This document shows positions 1 to 8,881 of a stretch of 63,945 nucleotides of DNA, piece by piece. A program made the translations under genes and the position numbers. The notes below the pieces were generated by a model that ran no database searches, had not been told where the DNA came from, and worked only from the letters and a program-made list of their open reading frames with translations. The stretch is from Gemmatimonas sp. (GTDB taxonomy: Bacteria; Pseudomonadota; Alphaproteobacteria; Rhizobiales; Xanthobacteraceae). The DNA lies in assembly GCA_050257355.1 (NCBI GenBank), contig JBLMWS010000137.1, positions 1 through 63,945 of the forward strand, written 5' to 3'. Numbering within the stretch: the first letter of the stretch is position 1; each line of letters opens with the position of its first letter.

Positions 1-497
1 GCTCGTAGGGGCCATCATGATCGTGACCGACATAGCTGATCGAAGCAGTCGTTTGAGGCGCAAAGGCGGGAGCGGAGCTCTACTGCCGCTCATTGCGGTG
101 GCCGAGGCACGAGGAATTCACGGTCCGGCTTCGGCAGCGAGTACCTTGGGCTGTTCGCCATCGATCTGCCCCCGCTCGAATCGGCACCCCAAGGTTGGCT
201 CTCAATGAGAAGCAGCGGAATAGGAATTACGTCGTACGGCGCCAACCATCCCGCGCATAGGGGCCGGCCAGGTCGGGCGCCCGCCAGCCCGAAGACGAAC
301 ATAGGCCAAAGCATGTACGCGACCGCGCTTGGGCGCGAGATCGAGGTGACGAGGGGCAAGACTCGAGCAAGTTAGCGCTGCAATGGCTCGCTTGGCTGAC
401 CCGACATCCGACAGGGGCCTGACCTCGGCAAGGCCATAGAAAAGAATGCGGGTAAAGAGGCCGCCATTGCTGGGAGCCCCAGGGTCCTTGAGTTCTG

Positions 498-758
498 TTA
501 TTGCTTTACGCCATCAACGGCGACGACGTTGTCAAGGGCGTAGTCTTTTCCGATCTTGAGTGCAGCCTGATACTCAGGAGACTCATGCCATTTCCGTAAA
601 GCGTCCATACTTTCCCAGCGGGGAATGACAACACGTCCTTTAGGGAATGATCCATCGATCATGGTTCCAGGTCCAGCAGCAACATAAACTCCGCCGTATT
701 GTTTGATGTCTGGCGATGCGCCTTCTCTCGAAAGGTACTTTCGGGGTCGAAATGCACC
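498..758 (-). pseudogene. 5'-truncated DUF1330-family gene remnant
   Basis: Hand translation (not in the ORF track): ...KQYGGVYVAAGPGTMIDGSFPKGRVVIPRWESMDALRKWHESPEYQAALKIGKDYALDNVVAVDGVKQ*. It has DUF1330-like YGG..RVV..W..SPEYQ..VDG motifs. The frame is closed upstream by TGA, with no start codon before the conserved part. Confidence 0.65.
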
Positions 759-1093
759 TCATTCCTTAAATGATCGAGGTAACCCATTGATATCGCAGCA
801 AATGCGACCGCCCTCCGAGCGCACCACTCTCAACGCCTAGGCTGGGGCCGGTGCGCCCACCGGCTAGTCGCCAGCATCACGCCTCAGACCTGCTCCTTCG
901 GTTGGAAGTGGCGGGCGGCTGTGAGAGATGACAGGCTTCATTGACACCAACTCTCTCGATGTGCGGTAGGGTTCGGTGCCGCGGTTAGTCCCCGGCACGG
1001 ATCAACAACATCGGAGACGCACGAGAGCTCAAATTGATCCGCGAACCTGGAGGGAGCCTGAGGCGCGGTGATCTGAACCGAAGGAGAAGGCTC

Positions 1094-1495
1094 ATGGCAG
1101 GCAAATCCGCTGCACAGCAGATAGTTACTCCGGGGTCGGACAAGAAAACAACGGCGACCAACGACGAGATTTCGCGCCGTTGTTGGCTTGCGACGGCGCT
1201 CGCGGCGGCGGCTGCGGTGGCGTCGCCGCTGTTGCCGTATTCCGCCTTGGCACAGGGGAAAATCAGCAAATCGGATGCTGAATATCAGGACCGTCCCAAA
1301 GGGATGCAGATGTGCGGCATGTGCAAGTACTTTGTCTCCGCCAATGGGCGGGGAAACGGCGGCATGATGGGCGGCCGCGGAATGATGGGCGGCGGCATGG
1401 GACCTGGAATGATGTCAGCCGGATCGTGCGAGCTTGTGGAAGGCAGTATCAGCCCAATGGGCTGGTGCAAGCTGTACGCTCCGTCCGGCACTTGA
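1094..1495 (+). CDS. Tat-exported high-potential iron-sulfur protein (HiPIP) with Met/Gly-rich insertion
   Basis: AAGGAG RBS before ATG 1094; twin-arginine SRRCWL plus hydrophobic signal; YQD..K..C-x2-C-x34-C-x12-C ending GSISPMGWC, the HiPIP pattern. Confidence 0.8.
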   Translation: MAGKSAAQQIVTPGSDKKTTATNDEISRRCWLATALAAAAAVASPLLPYSALAQGKISKSDAEYQDRPKGMQMCGMCKYFVSANGRGNGGMMGGRGMMGGGMGPGMMSAGSCELVEGSISPMGWCKLYAPSGT

Positions 1496-1498
1496 TGT

Positions 1499-1752
1499 TC
1501 AATGAAACGGCCCGGAAATTTCTGGGTTGCCGCCGGATTGAAGGCCCCACTTCCATCCGGGCGATGGTGAGCCGCTAATGCGACCTCTCGTGTGCTCTTT
1601 CGGGAATGGCTGTTGCGTTTTGCGGCCCAAGGACGTGTCCGTGGCATCATTGCCCAGCATTCCGAGCGATTGCGCGACCAATTCGCGCGTGTGCGCAATG
1701 AGCCTTGCGATTTCGAGGTCTTGACTGCCGAAGAATTGCGCCGATCCGGCAT
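1499..1752 (-). pseudogene. possible frameshifted small hypothetical gene
   Basis: AAGGAG plus ATG at 1752 opens MPDRRNSS, while the protein-like segment EIARLIAHTRELVAQSL..DTSLGRKTQQPFPKE lies in another frame (ORF 1499..1804). Resemblance to a Bradyrhizobium small-protein family is from memory only. Confidence 0.3.
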
Positions 1753-1979
1753 CGACTGCGCTCCTTGGCTTTGCAGGCGGAAGCGCGATCGGTCTCTCAG
1801 CCACCGGAGCCCGCGGGATGGGCTTTGTTGGCGGTGATGAAAGCCAACTCGCGCCGGGCGATTTGGTTCAAAGCAATTCCGCCGACCGCTCCCGAAGACC
1901 ATGTTGGATCGCCATCTCGTGTGAGATGGCGAGGCGCTCGACCGGCTCAAGAGCGCTCATTCGCCGCGTTCGAGTCGCC

Positions 1980-2216
1980 TCATTCCGGAGGCTTCAGCCC
2001 ACCCTGAAGCCAGCCGAGGGCTTCGGGATAGAGCGGATCGACGGGAGCCTGCGCTTCGTAGGTCAATCCGCATTTGGTGCATCTCAACGTCCGATGCTCG
2101 AATCCAGGTCTTCCCGACACAACACGCAACACGTTCATGCCGGCCTCGCACGCCGGGCAGCGCGGATGGACGACCTCGCTGGGCGAAAGCTTGTTTGTGA
2201 GCTGGGCGTCGGGCAT
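1980..2216 (-). CDS. small zinc-ribbon hypothetical protein (78 aa)
   Basis: GAAAGGAG RBS before ATG 2216; CPAC...CTKC pair; C-terminal DP..GWL.GGLKPP. Confidence 0.7.
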   Translation of the reverse strand: MPDAQLTNKLSPSEVVHPRCPACEAGMNVLRVVSGRPGFEHRTLRCTKCGLTYEAQAPVDPLYPEALGWLQGGLKPPE

Positions 2217-2464
2217 GCGGTACTCCTTTCCTTTTGGAGAGCAGGAGCACAACACTCTCTGTTACCGATGGATGCCTTGGATGGTGCGGTGATCGGGCTA
2301 GTCTACGCCCCGTCGGCGCGCGGTGCACGTTAAACCTGCAGCTCGGAGCTTTTTGAGGATCTCGGTTAGTTCTGGTGCGGCTCCGCGACGATGGCCGACG
2401 ATTCTCTCGCCGGATCGATCCATCGCGAATAGGCGCGGAGCTTGAGCTTTCTCGAAGAGAAACG

Positions 2465-2800
2465 TCACGCCCCGTCCTTTGATCCGGTTGCTCGTGCGAG
2501 CTCTCGAATGTGATGCTCGGCAGCGGCCATCTGGCGCTTCACAAGCTCAGACTGAGCAGCGGCAATGTCCTGAAGGTTGGCGGTCGACGCTACCCTTCGC
2601 GCGTGCTCGAAGCTGATCTTCAAGCTCTCTTCCGAGAATGCGAGCACTTGCTTGGAGAGCTCCGCCGTCGATGGTGTGCCCGCGACAGTCGACCTGCGCG
2701 CCGCATCAAATAACAGGCCGAACACTTGTTCAGCTTGGTCGATCGTTTTCTCCGCGAGCTGGCGCAGCTCGGCAGGAACTTCCAATTTCGGTTCGCTCAT
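2465..2800 (-). CDS. phasin family protein
   Basis: MSEPKLEVPAELRQLAEKTIDQAE...SFEHARRV..A.NLQD...QSELVKRQM is the rhizobial phasin pattern. Start trimmed from the longer ORF. Confidence 0.8.
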   Translation of the reverse strand: MSEPKLEVPAELRQLAEKTIDQAEQVFGLLFDAARRSTVAGTPSTAELSKQVLAFSEESLKISFEHARRVASTANLQDIAAAQSELVKRQMAAAEHHIRELARATGSKDGA

Positions 2801-2911
2801 CGTGTTCCCGCCTGTGATGTCGATGACCATAAGACGGAGATTGAGGCTTGAACAGGGGCGGGGCCGTCTTTTGCCATGGCCTGCGCGCGCCGTATTCGGG
2901 TCGTGGTACAC

Positions 2912-2940
2912 TTGTGCTTTCTTGCAAAGACGCCTACATT
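2912..2940 (+). promoter_or_regulatory. putative sigma70 promoter of the cold-shock gene, implying a ~110-nt 5' UTR
   Basis: TTGTGC-N17-TACATT; long leaders are typical of csp genes. Confidence 0.4.
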
Positions 2941-3059
2941 GCCGATATTCGATTAGCCGCTGTGCCTTTCTGAATGCGCCTGCGGGCTCCTTCCCAAAGA
3001 CATCGTCCAGTTGAATCTGAAATCGCGTGACGCTACGCGAATACGCTTTGGAGAAGAAA

Positions 3060-3269
3060 ATGCCGACAGGTACCGTCAAGTGGTTCAATGGCCAGAAAGG
3101 GTTTGGCTTTATCCAGCCCAACGATGGTGGAAATGATGTGTTCGTGCACATCAGCGCCGTCGAGCGGGCTGGTCTTTCCGGCCTTGCCGAGGGCCAGAAG
3201 GTTTCGTTCGAGATCAAGACCGACAAGATGCGCGGTAAAGTAAGCGCCGAGAATTTGTCACTGGCCTAA
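3060..3269 (+). CDS. cold-shock protein (CspA family)
   Basis: GTVKWFN..KGFGFI (RNP1) and DVFVHISA (RNP2); GGAGA RBS. Confidence 0.97.
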   Translation: MPTGTVKWFNGQKGFGFIQPNDGGNDVFVHISAVERAGLSGLAEGQKVSFEIKTDKMRGKVSAENLSLA

Positions 3270-3364
3270 ACCGCTACCCATTTCACGGATGTACTGAAAT
3301 GGTCGTACTGCCCGCTCGATCCCGGGATTGAGCGGGCATTGCTTGTTGCGAAATCGGACGAGAG

Positions 3365-3616
3365 ATGGGCAAGAAGCCAGCCGAACCTTCCCCCGAAGCG
3401 ATTGCCCGCGCCAACCGGCAGCGCTTGGCCCAGGAGGAAGGCGCGCGAGCCATGGCGGACGCGGAGAAGCGAGCCGTCGAAGTCCGTCAAAACATGCAGC
3501 GGCTTCGCGCGTTGCGGGAAGCCAGAGACGAAGCAACACAAGCGGACGCGGTCAAAAGTCTTGACGCCCTCCCGCAAGCTGCAACGAGGAAACGCAAGAA
3601 GCGAATTGTGAGATAA
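3365..3616 (+). CDS. small basic helical hypothetical protein
   Basis: 83 aa, EEGARAMAD...RQNMQRLRALREARD; same strand directly downstream of the csp gene. Confidence 0.7.
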   Translation: MGKKPAEPSPEAIARANRQRLAQEEGARAMADAEKRAVEVRQNMQRLRALREARDEATQADAVKSLDALPQAATRKRKKRIVR

Positions 3617-3690
3617 GGCTGCGCTTGGGCAGCGATAGTCTCTCCGCAACTGTAAGCCGACGTTCTGCCACGAACTGAGGAGACGGCTGG

Positions 3691-3927
3691 ATGCCGAAAA
3701 CCGTGCGGATTGTGCCTGAGGTCAAGCTGCGCGACGGCCAAACGATCACGTTCGTGCTGGCCATAGGAGCAGTTCGGCAGACGTGCCGTCTCGAGACGAC
3801 ATTCCGGACGCAGAACCAGGCGTTCAACTATCTCCACAAGAATCGGACGGAGTTCGAGCGTCTCGCGCGCGAACGGTTGGCTCGTGGGGAAGTTGAAGAC
3901 AACATCATCAATCTCACGATGTTGTAG
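3691..3927 (+). CDS. hypothetical protein (78 aa)
   Basis: GAGGAG RBS; protein-like composition. Confidence 0.7.
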   Translation: MPKTVRIVPEVKLRDGQTITFVLAIGAVRQTCRLETTFRTQNQAFNYLHKNRTEFERLARERLARGEVEDNIINLTML

Positions 3928-4086
3928 GTCGAAAGCGCCGGGAGTTCGATGACGTTCACCAGGCTGGATGACAGCGTCGCTGCAGTTTGGGATGAGCCCG
4001 TGCACGCTGCCGCGCTCAGGTAGCGATTGGACGCCGGGATTTCGGAGAAGCGGTAACGGCCTCCAAAGGCGCATCCCAAGGATGGC

Positions 4087-4347
4087 CTAGCCATAGAGGT
4101 CGCTGCTGATGCCGTATTCCTCGTAGATGCTCAAGGGATCGCGATGGGGGTTGAGCCGGCACTTGGCCTGGGCCAGGTGCAGGCTGACGGTTGCCGGCTC
4201 GCAGCCATTGGCGAGCAACTTCCTGATGTCTTCCATGTGGGCGCGCGGCTGGTGTTTCGACGGCAACTGCTCCAGCGCAACGAAGGCGGTCGCCAACGCT
4301 TCGGTGACGACCCATTCGTCGTGGCCGGTAATTCCTTTCCTGGGCAT
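4087..4347 (-). CDS. hypothetical protein (86 aa)
   Basis: MPRKGITGHDEWVVTEALATA...; protein-like composition and GC-rich third positions. Confidence 0.65.
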   Translation of the reverse strand: MPRKGITGHDEWVVTEALATAFVALEQLPSKHQPRAHMEDIRKLLANGCEPATVSLHLAQAKCRLNPHRDPLSIYEEYGISSDLYG

Positions 4348-4742
4348 CGGCAGCACCCCACATGTGTCGTGGACCTCGCCACTGTAACCCGATCCGGTCT
4401 GCGCTGCCACGATGCTTTCGCGGTTGGGGGTGGGTCAGGAGAGTCAGCCGCGATCAGCGGAACCGTCGCGCGCCGGCCATAGACAAATCATATACCGTTC
4501 GCGGCGAAGGAGCTCGAATCGGGGTTGAAAGCGGCTCGCGCGTGCGCGTAAATGGCAATATCGGTTCGGCGCGCGTTTGGGGGGACAGGCGCTGGCGAAC
4601 CTTCCTTCCGTTGCCCTCCTGTAACAACGTTGATGTAGCTCCGCTTCAAACCGGGATTTGCTTCGGCTGTTCCGGCTTGCGTGCGGGCAAGAGACTGCGC
4701 ACGCACGAGAGACGAACCACAAACACCGGCACGGGGGCGCCC

Positions 4743-5117
4743 ATGAGAATTCTGAGCTTCGTCTACCACTTCGTGACAGATTTCGCGTTCCTGGCGTCGG
4801 TCTATTTCAGCCTGAACTATATCGAGAAATACAATAATCGCGCGGTTCTTGCGCTCGTCGTGCTGATCTATAGCGGAATGCGAGCGGCCTCCGCCGTGCG
4901 CTCGTTCTTCTTCTACCAGCGCATCGAGCGGCTGGAGATCGACGCGCGCAAGCTCGTGTCTCTGATCACCGACGGGGGCGCCATCTCGCCGTTGCGCAAG
5001 CAGACGATCCAGGATGTCGGTGTACTGCGCCGCGACAACGAGCTGAAGGCCTATATGGACCTGTTCTTCCTGGCGCTGGTCGTCCTGCTCTGCGTCGCCA
5101 AGATCGTGACCGATTGA
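4743..5117 (+). CDS. hypothetical membrane protein
   Basis: ATG 4743; three hydrophobic segments. Confidence 0.75.
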   Translation: MRILSFVYHFVTDFAFLASVYFSLNYIEKYNNRAVLALVVLIYSGMRAASAVRSFFFYQRIERLEIDARKLVSLITDGGAISPLRKQTIQDVGVLRRDNELKAYMDLFFLALVVLLCVAKIVTD

Positions 5118-5185
5118 GCAAAGCACGTCGGGGCTGGACTGGGTAAGCACGGCGCCCGTGCCTTTGCCCATTCCCGGGCAGCTCC

Positions 5186-5476
5186 TCATCTCCCGATTTG
5201 CGTCCGCATCGTCACGAGGCCTGAGACGAGCTTCAGCCAGGGCGCCAAATGGAAGGCGCTCATCAGCAAATACATCGGCACCATTCCGCTCAGAGGTGAG
5301 GCGTGTGCGGCCGAACAGAGCGTGTCCATCATCGCGCCGCTCCCTGAAACAGCGGTAAGCAGCGCCATGAGTGCGAACGTGGGCGCCGCGGCCAGAGCCA
5401 ACCAGTCGCCTGCGCGAAGCTTCGTGCTATGGCCGGTCCCGGCGCAAGCATCTGCAGTTTCATGCCGGCTGATCAT
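5186..5476 (-). CDS. small membrane protein
   Basis: DWLALAAAPTFALMALLT...LC...SPLSGMVPMYLLMSAFH.APWLKL, two TM segments; start overlaps the upstream stop (ATGA). Confidence 0.75.
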   Translation of the reverse strand: MISRHETADACAGTGHSTKLRAGDWLALAAAPTFALMALLTAVSGSGAMMDTLCSAAHASPLSGMVPMYLLMSAFHLAPWLKLVSGLVTMRTQIGR

Positions 5477-5721
5477 GATGGCTGCGCTCCGAGGCAACGC
5501 GTGTCGTACTTGTGGTTGGCGCGCCACCGGATCACCGGTCTCGCTAGGGCCTCCGCGGCTGGCCGTTCTTCACGCGCTCCGGTCGTGGGTATCGCCACGG
5601 TTCTGCTCTCCTTCCGCATCGCCTGGTCCTGTCCGATGGCAAGCACAGTCAGGACGGCTCCAGCCCATTCGACCATGGCGGTCAGGTATGTTGGCGAAAG
5701 CATCGTCCAGTCGACCATCAT
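5473..5721 (-). CDS. hypothetical protein (82 aa) with N-terminal hydrophobic segment
   Basis: Strong GAGGAGG RBS before ATG 5721; its stop overlaps the next start (ATGA coupling). Confidence 0.55.
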   Translation of the reverse strand: MMVDWTMLSPTYLTAMVEWAGAVLTVLAIGQDQAMRKESRTVAIPTTGAREERPAAEALARPVIRWRANHKYDTRCLGAQPS

Positions 5722-5812
5722 GATGGCCTCCTCGCTACGGCGTACTGGTTTGTGGCCGTGGGATAGACTACGACGAGGTCTCGGTGAGAGTGACAAGTGT
5801 GGCGGGATTTGA

Positions 5813-7033
5813 ATGGATTCGCTCATCACGGCCGCCGCGCGAGCGCTTGCGGCGGGTGATCCCCTCGGCGCATTGAAACGGGTCGCGTTGCGTGATGACG
5901 CGCCGGCGCTTGCGCTGCGCGGGATTGCGATGGCGCAGCTTGGAGATCTCGCTCGCGCGAAGTCACTGCTCAAGAATGCGGCCCGCGCCTTTGGCCCGAG
6001 AGAGGCGGTTGCCCGCGCGCGATGCGTCGTCGCCGAGGCCGAGATCGCACTGGCCTCCCGCGACCTCGGCTTTTCGGCAAAGACGCTGGATGCAGCGCGC
6101 GCGACGCTGGACGCGCATGGCGATCGCATCAACGCCGCGCATGCGCGCTATCTCGAGATCCGGCGCCTGCTTCTGATCGGACGGCTCAACGAGGCCGAGC
6201 GCGGGCTCGCCGGCATCGATCCGGTCCCCTTGCCGCCGGCGTTGAGGGCGGTGCACGAACTGGTCGTCGCAGGGATTGCGCTGCGGCGCCTGAGGACCCA
6301 GCCGGCTCGGGCCGCACTGGCGCGAGGCGAGCGAGCCGCGCGGCAAGCGGGGATTGCCGCACTGATCGCGGAGGTCGAGAGTGCCTCTCGCGTGCTCGAG
6401 ACGCCGGCCGCGCGCCTGATTGCCGGTGGCGAGGAGCGGCTGCTTCGGCTCGATGAGGTCGAAGGCTTGTTGGCCTCGGGCGCGCTCGTCGTGGATGCGT
6501 GCCGTTATGCCGTGCGTGACGCGGCGACGGTGATCTCACTCGCGACCCGTCCGGTGTTGTTCGCGCTCGCACGCGCACTTGCAGAGGCGTGGCCGGACGA
6601 TGTGCCAAGGGGTATGCTGGTTGCGCGTGCCTTTCGAGGCAAGCACGCCGATGAATCGCATCGGGCGCGCCTGCGCGTCGAGATCGGACGGCTTCGCCGG
6701 GTGCTCCGGCCGTTGGCGGACGTCAACGCAACCGGCCAGGGATTTGCGCTGGTGCCGCGCCGCGCGCGCAAGGTTCTCGTGCTGGCGCGGCCGGTCGACG
6801 AGGAGCATGCGACCGTGCTCGCTTTTCTGGCCGATGGTGAGTCCTGGTCGAGTTCGGCACTGGCGCTCGCCCTTGGCACGAGCCAACGCACTGTGCAGCG
6901 CTCACTCGACGAGCTGGCCGTGGCCGGCAAGGTACAGTTCTTTGGCCGTGGGCGGGCACGCCGCTGGATGACACCGCCGGTGCCCGGATTCACGACGACC
7001 TTGTTACTCCCGGCGACGCTGCCGGGTGACTAG
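5813..7033 (+). CDS. helical-repeat / helix-turn-helix putative transcriptional regulator
   Basis: MDSLITAAARALAAGDPLGAL...; Ala/Leu/Arg helical N-half, winged-helix-like RLRVEIGRLR, and C-terminal HTH SSSALALALGTSQRTVQRSL. Confidence 0.85.
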   Translation: MDSLITAAARALAAGDPLGALKRVALRDDAPALALRGIAMAQLGDLARAKSLLKNAARAFGPREAVARARCVVAEAEIALASRDLGFSAKTLDAARATLDAHGDRINAAHARYLEIRRLLLIGRLNEAERGLAGIDPVPLPPALRAVHELVVAGIALRRLRTQPARAALARGERAARQAGIAALIAEVESASRVLETPAARLIAGGEERLLRLDEVEGLLASGALVVDACRYAVRDAATVISLATRPVLFALARALAEAWPDDVPRGMLVARAFRGKHADESHRARLRVEIGRLRRVLRPLADVNATGQGFALVPRRARKVLVLARPVDEEHATVLAFLADGESWSSSALALALGTSQRTVQRSLDELAVAGKVQFFGRGRARRWMTPPVPGFTTTLLLPATLPGD

Positions 7034-7068
7034 GATACAGGCCGTCTCCTGACGGCGAGGATCGAAAC

Positions 7069-7722
7069 ATGAAGCGAGCAGCAGCCGAAATCATCCGGGA
7101 ATATGGTCCGTTTCCCGGCGTCGAGAAAGTGGGCGGGGTCACCCATGACGGGAAGCACGTCTGGTTTGCGGCGGGAGACACTCTGAGTGCCTTGGACCCG
7201 GCGAGCGGGACAGTGCATCACGCGATCGATGTCGCGGCCCATGCCGGCACGGCGTTCGACGGGCAGCATTTGTTTCAGATCGCCGAAGATCGGATTCAGA
7301 AGATCGATCCGAAGAGCGGGCAAGTGCTCGCCACGATCCCGGCGCCAGGCGCCGGCGGTGATTCCGGCCTCGCCTGGGCCGAAGGCACGCTCTGGGTGGG
7401 TGTGTACCGGGACCGCAAGATCCACCAGATCGATCCGCAGACCGGCGCAATCTTGCGTACCATTGAAACCAACCGCTTCGTGACCGGCGTCACCTGGATC
7501 GACGGCGAGCTCTGGCACGGCACCTGGGAAGGCGACGACAGCGACATCAGGCGAATAGACCCGCAAACGGGAGTCGTGATGGAAAGACTCGAGATGCCGC
7601 CGGGTATGGGCGTGTCCGGGCTTGAATCCGACGGCGGCGATCGGTTTTTTTGCGGCGGTGGCAACAGCGGCAGGGTGCGGGCGATCCGCCGGCCCAAGCG
7701 AGCGAAGGCTGCTAGCGGCTAG
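7069..7722 (+). CDS. beta-propeller protein (glutamine cyclotransferase/Vgb-like fold)
   Basis: Repeated blades G(V/T/L)x(F/W/H)DG..LW......I..IDP.TG; GAGGA RBS; no signal peptide. Confidence 0.85.
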   Translation: MKRAAAEIIREYGPFPGVEKVGGVTHDGKHVWFAAGDTLSALDPASGTVHHAIDVAAHAGTAFDGQHLFQIAEDRIQKIDPKSGQVLATIPAPGAGGDSGLAWAEGTLWVGVYRDRKIHQIDPQTGAILRTIETNRFVTGVTWIDGELWHGTWEGDDSDIRRIDPQTGVVMERLEMPPGMGVSGLESDGGDRFFCGGGNSGRVRAIRRPKRAKAASG

Positions 7723-7885
7723 CTTCGGATCCCGAACCGCCATCCTTGACTAAGTCGCTCACTGATTGCGCGGTTCCCGCGCGTGCAAGCTCGACAAACG
7801 GAGAGATCTGGTACTCGCAAGCTCCAATTGACATGCGGGATCGGCTTGTGAAAAGTCGCGCGTCTTTAGCGAGCCGCTCCGTACA

Positions 7886-8872
7886 ATGCTCCTGTCCCCA
7901 ACGCAGCCCGTGCGGTTTCGGCTTCGTGCGCCGTACGGTGCGCAATCCTGGATGGTTCTCACGCTGGCGCTCAGCGCCGCCGTCTGGCTGGCCGCGTTCG
8001 GCGCGCTGCTTGCGCTCGCAACCCGCGTCCATGACGACGTGCCGGTTCTGCTTGCGGACAAGCTCCCGCTGTTGAAACTGCGCCCCGTGCTCATCTTCGC
8101 AGGTGAGAGCCGGACCGCCTATCAGGTCGATCCCGCGCTTGCGGCGCAATTGATCGGAAAGCCGGCCGGCGCTGTCGTCAACGTCGCCTATGATGCGGGT
8201 GAGCCTCTGGCGCTGCTCGCGGCGATGCGTCGGGAAGCCGAGGCGTTTCATGACGCCCACACCGTCATCAGCGTGGCGCCGTTCCTGTTCAACGAGGGAG
8301 TACGATCGGCCGCGGTCTATCCCCTCGACGTGTTGCCTCGGTTGGGCGTCATCGATCAAATGAAGGGATTTCTTCCCTTGCGGATCGGCACGCTGATCCG
8401 CTTCGTCCAGGAGGCCTTTGCAAGCCGGCTTGCGGCAGATCAGAACATCAAGGACCGCGGACCTCCGCCGCCGGCGTTCGGACTGCAAGTCATCGACCGG
8501 ACGGAACCGCAAGATCGTTGGCCTGCGACAATCGGCGCGCACGGTCATTACGCGAATTGGGACCTGTCCGGACCCAAGACCAGATTCGAAATCGGAGCCT
8601 TGTGCGACATGGTCAAATTGACGCGCAGGTTGACCGTGGTGATACCACCATGGGCGCCGCGCTATGATCGCGCATCCGATGCGACATGGCGGATAAAGGA
8701 CGATCAATATGCAAACCTGGTCACGGACGCGGGTCGCCGCTGCGGGTTCGCGGTCTTGAATCTTCCGTCCGTTCCCGGGCTGGCGCAGCAGAACTATGCC
8801 GACGAAATGCATGTCAACGCGTCGGGCGTGCCCATCTATACGCGCTATCTCGTCGGGCTGCTGAACCAGTAG
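7886..8872 (+). CDS. membrane-anchored SGNH-like (AlgJ/DltD-type) protein
   Basis: N-terminal TM; block-I-like GESRT and C-terminal DEMH (DxxH); 9 nt upstream of an MBOAT gene. Confidence 0.7.
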   Translation: MLLSPTQPVRFRLRAPYGAQSWMVLTLALSAAVWLAAFGALLALATRVHDDVPVLLADKLPLLKLRPVLIFAGESRTAYQVDPALAAQLIGKPAGAVVNVAYDAGEPLALLAAMRREAEAFHDAHTVISVAPFLFNEGVRSAAVYPLDVLPRLGVIDQMKGFLPLRIGTLIRFVQEAFASRLAADQNIKDRGPPPPAFGLQVIDRTEPQDRWPATIGAHGHYANWDLSGPKTRFEIGALCDMVKLTRRLTVVIPPWAPRYDRASDATWRIKDDQYANLVTDAGRRCGFAVLNLPSVPGLAQQNYADEMHVNASGVPIYTRYLVGLLNQ

Positions 8873-8881
8873 CCGCATCCG

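Noticed and set aside
1-480. Short ORFs at the window start (17..208, 90..359)
   Set aside because: No recognisable motif or RBS; possibly decayed sequence, but not supportable.
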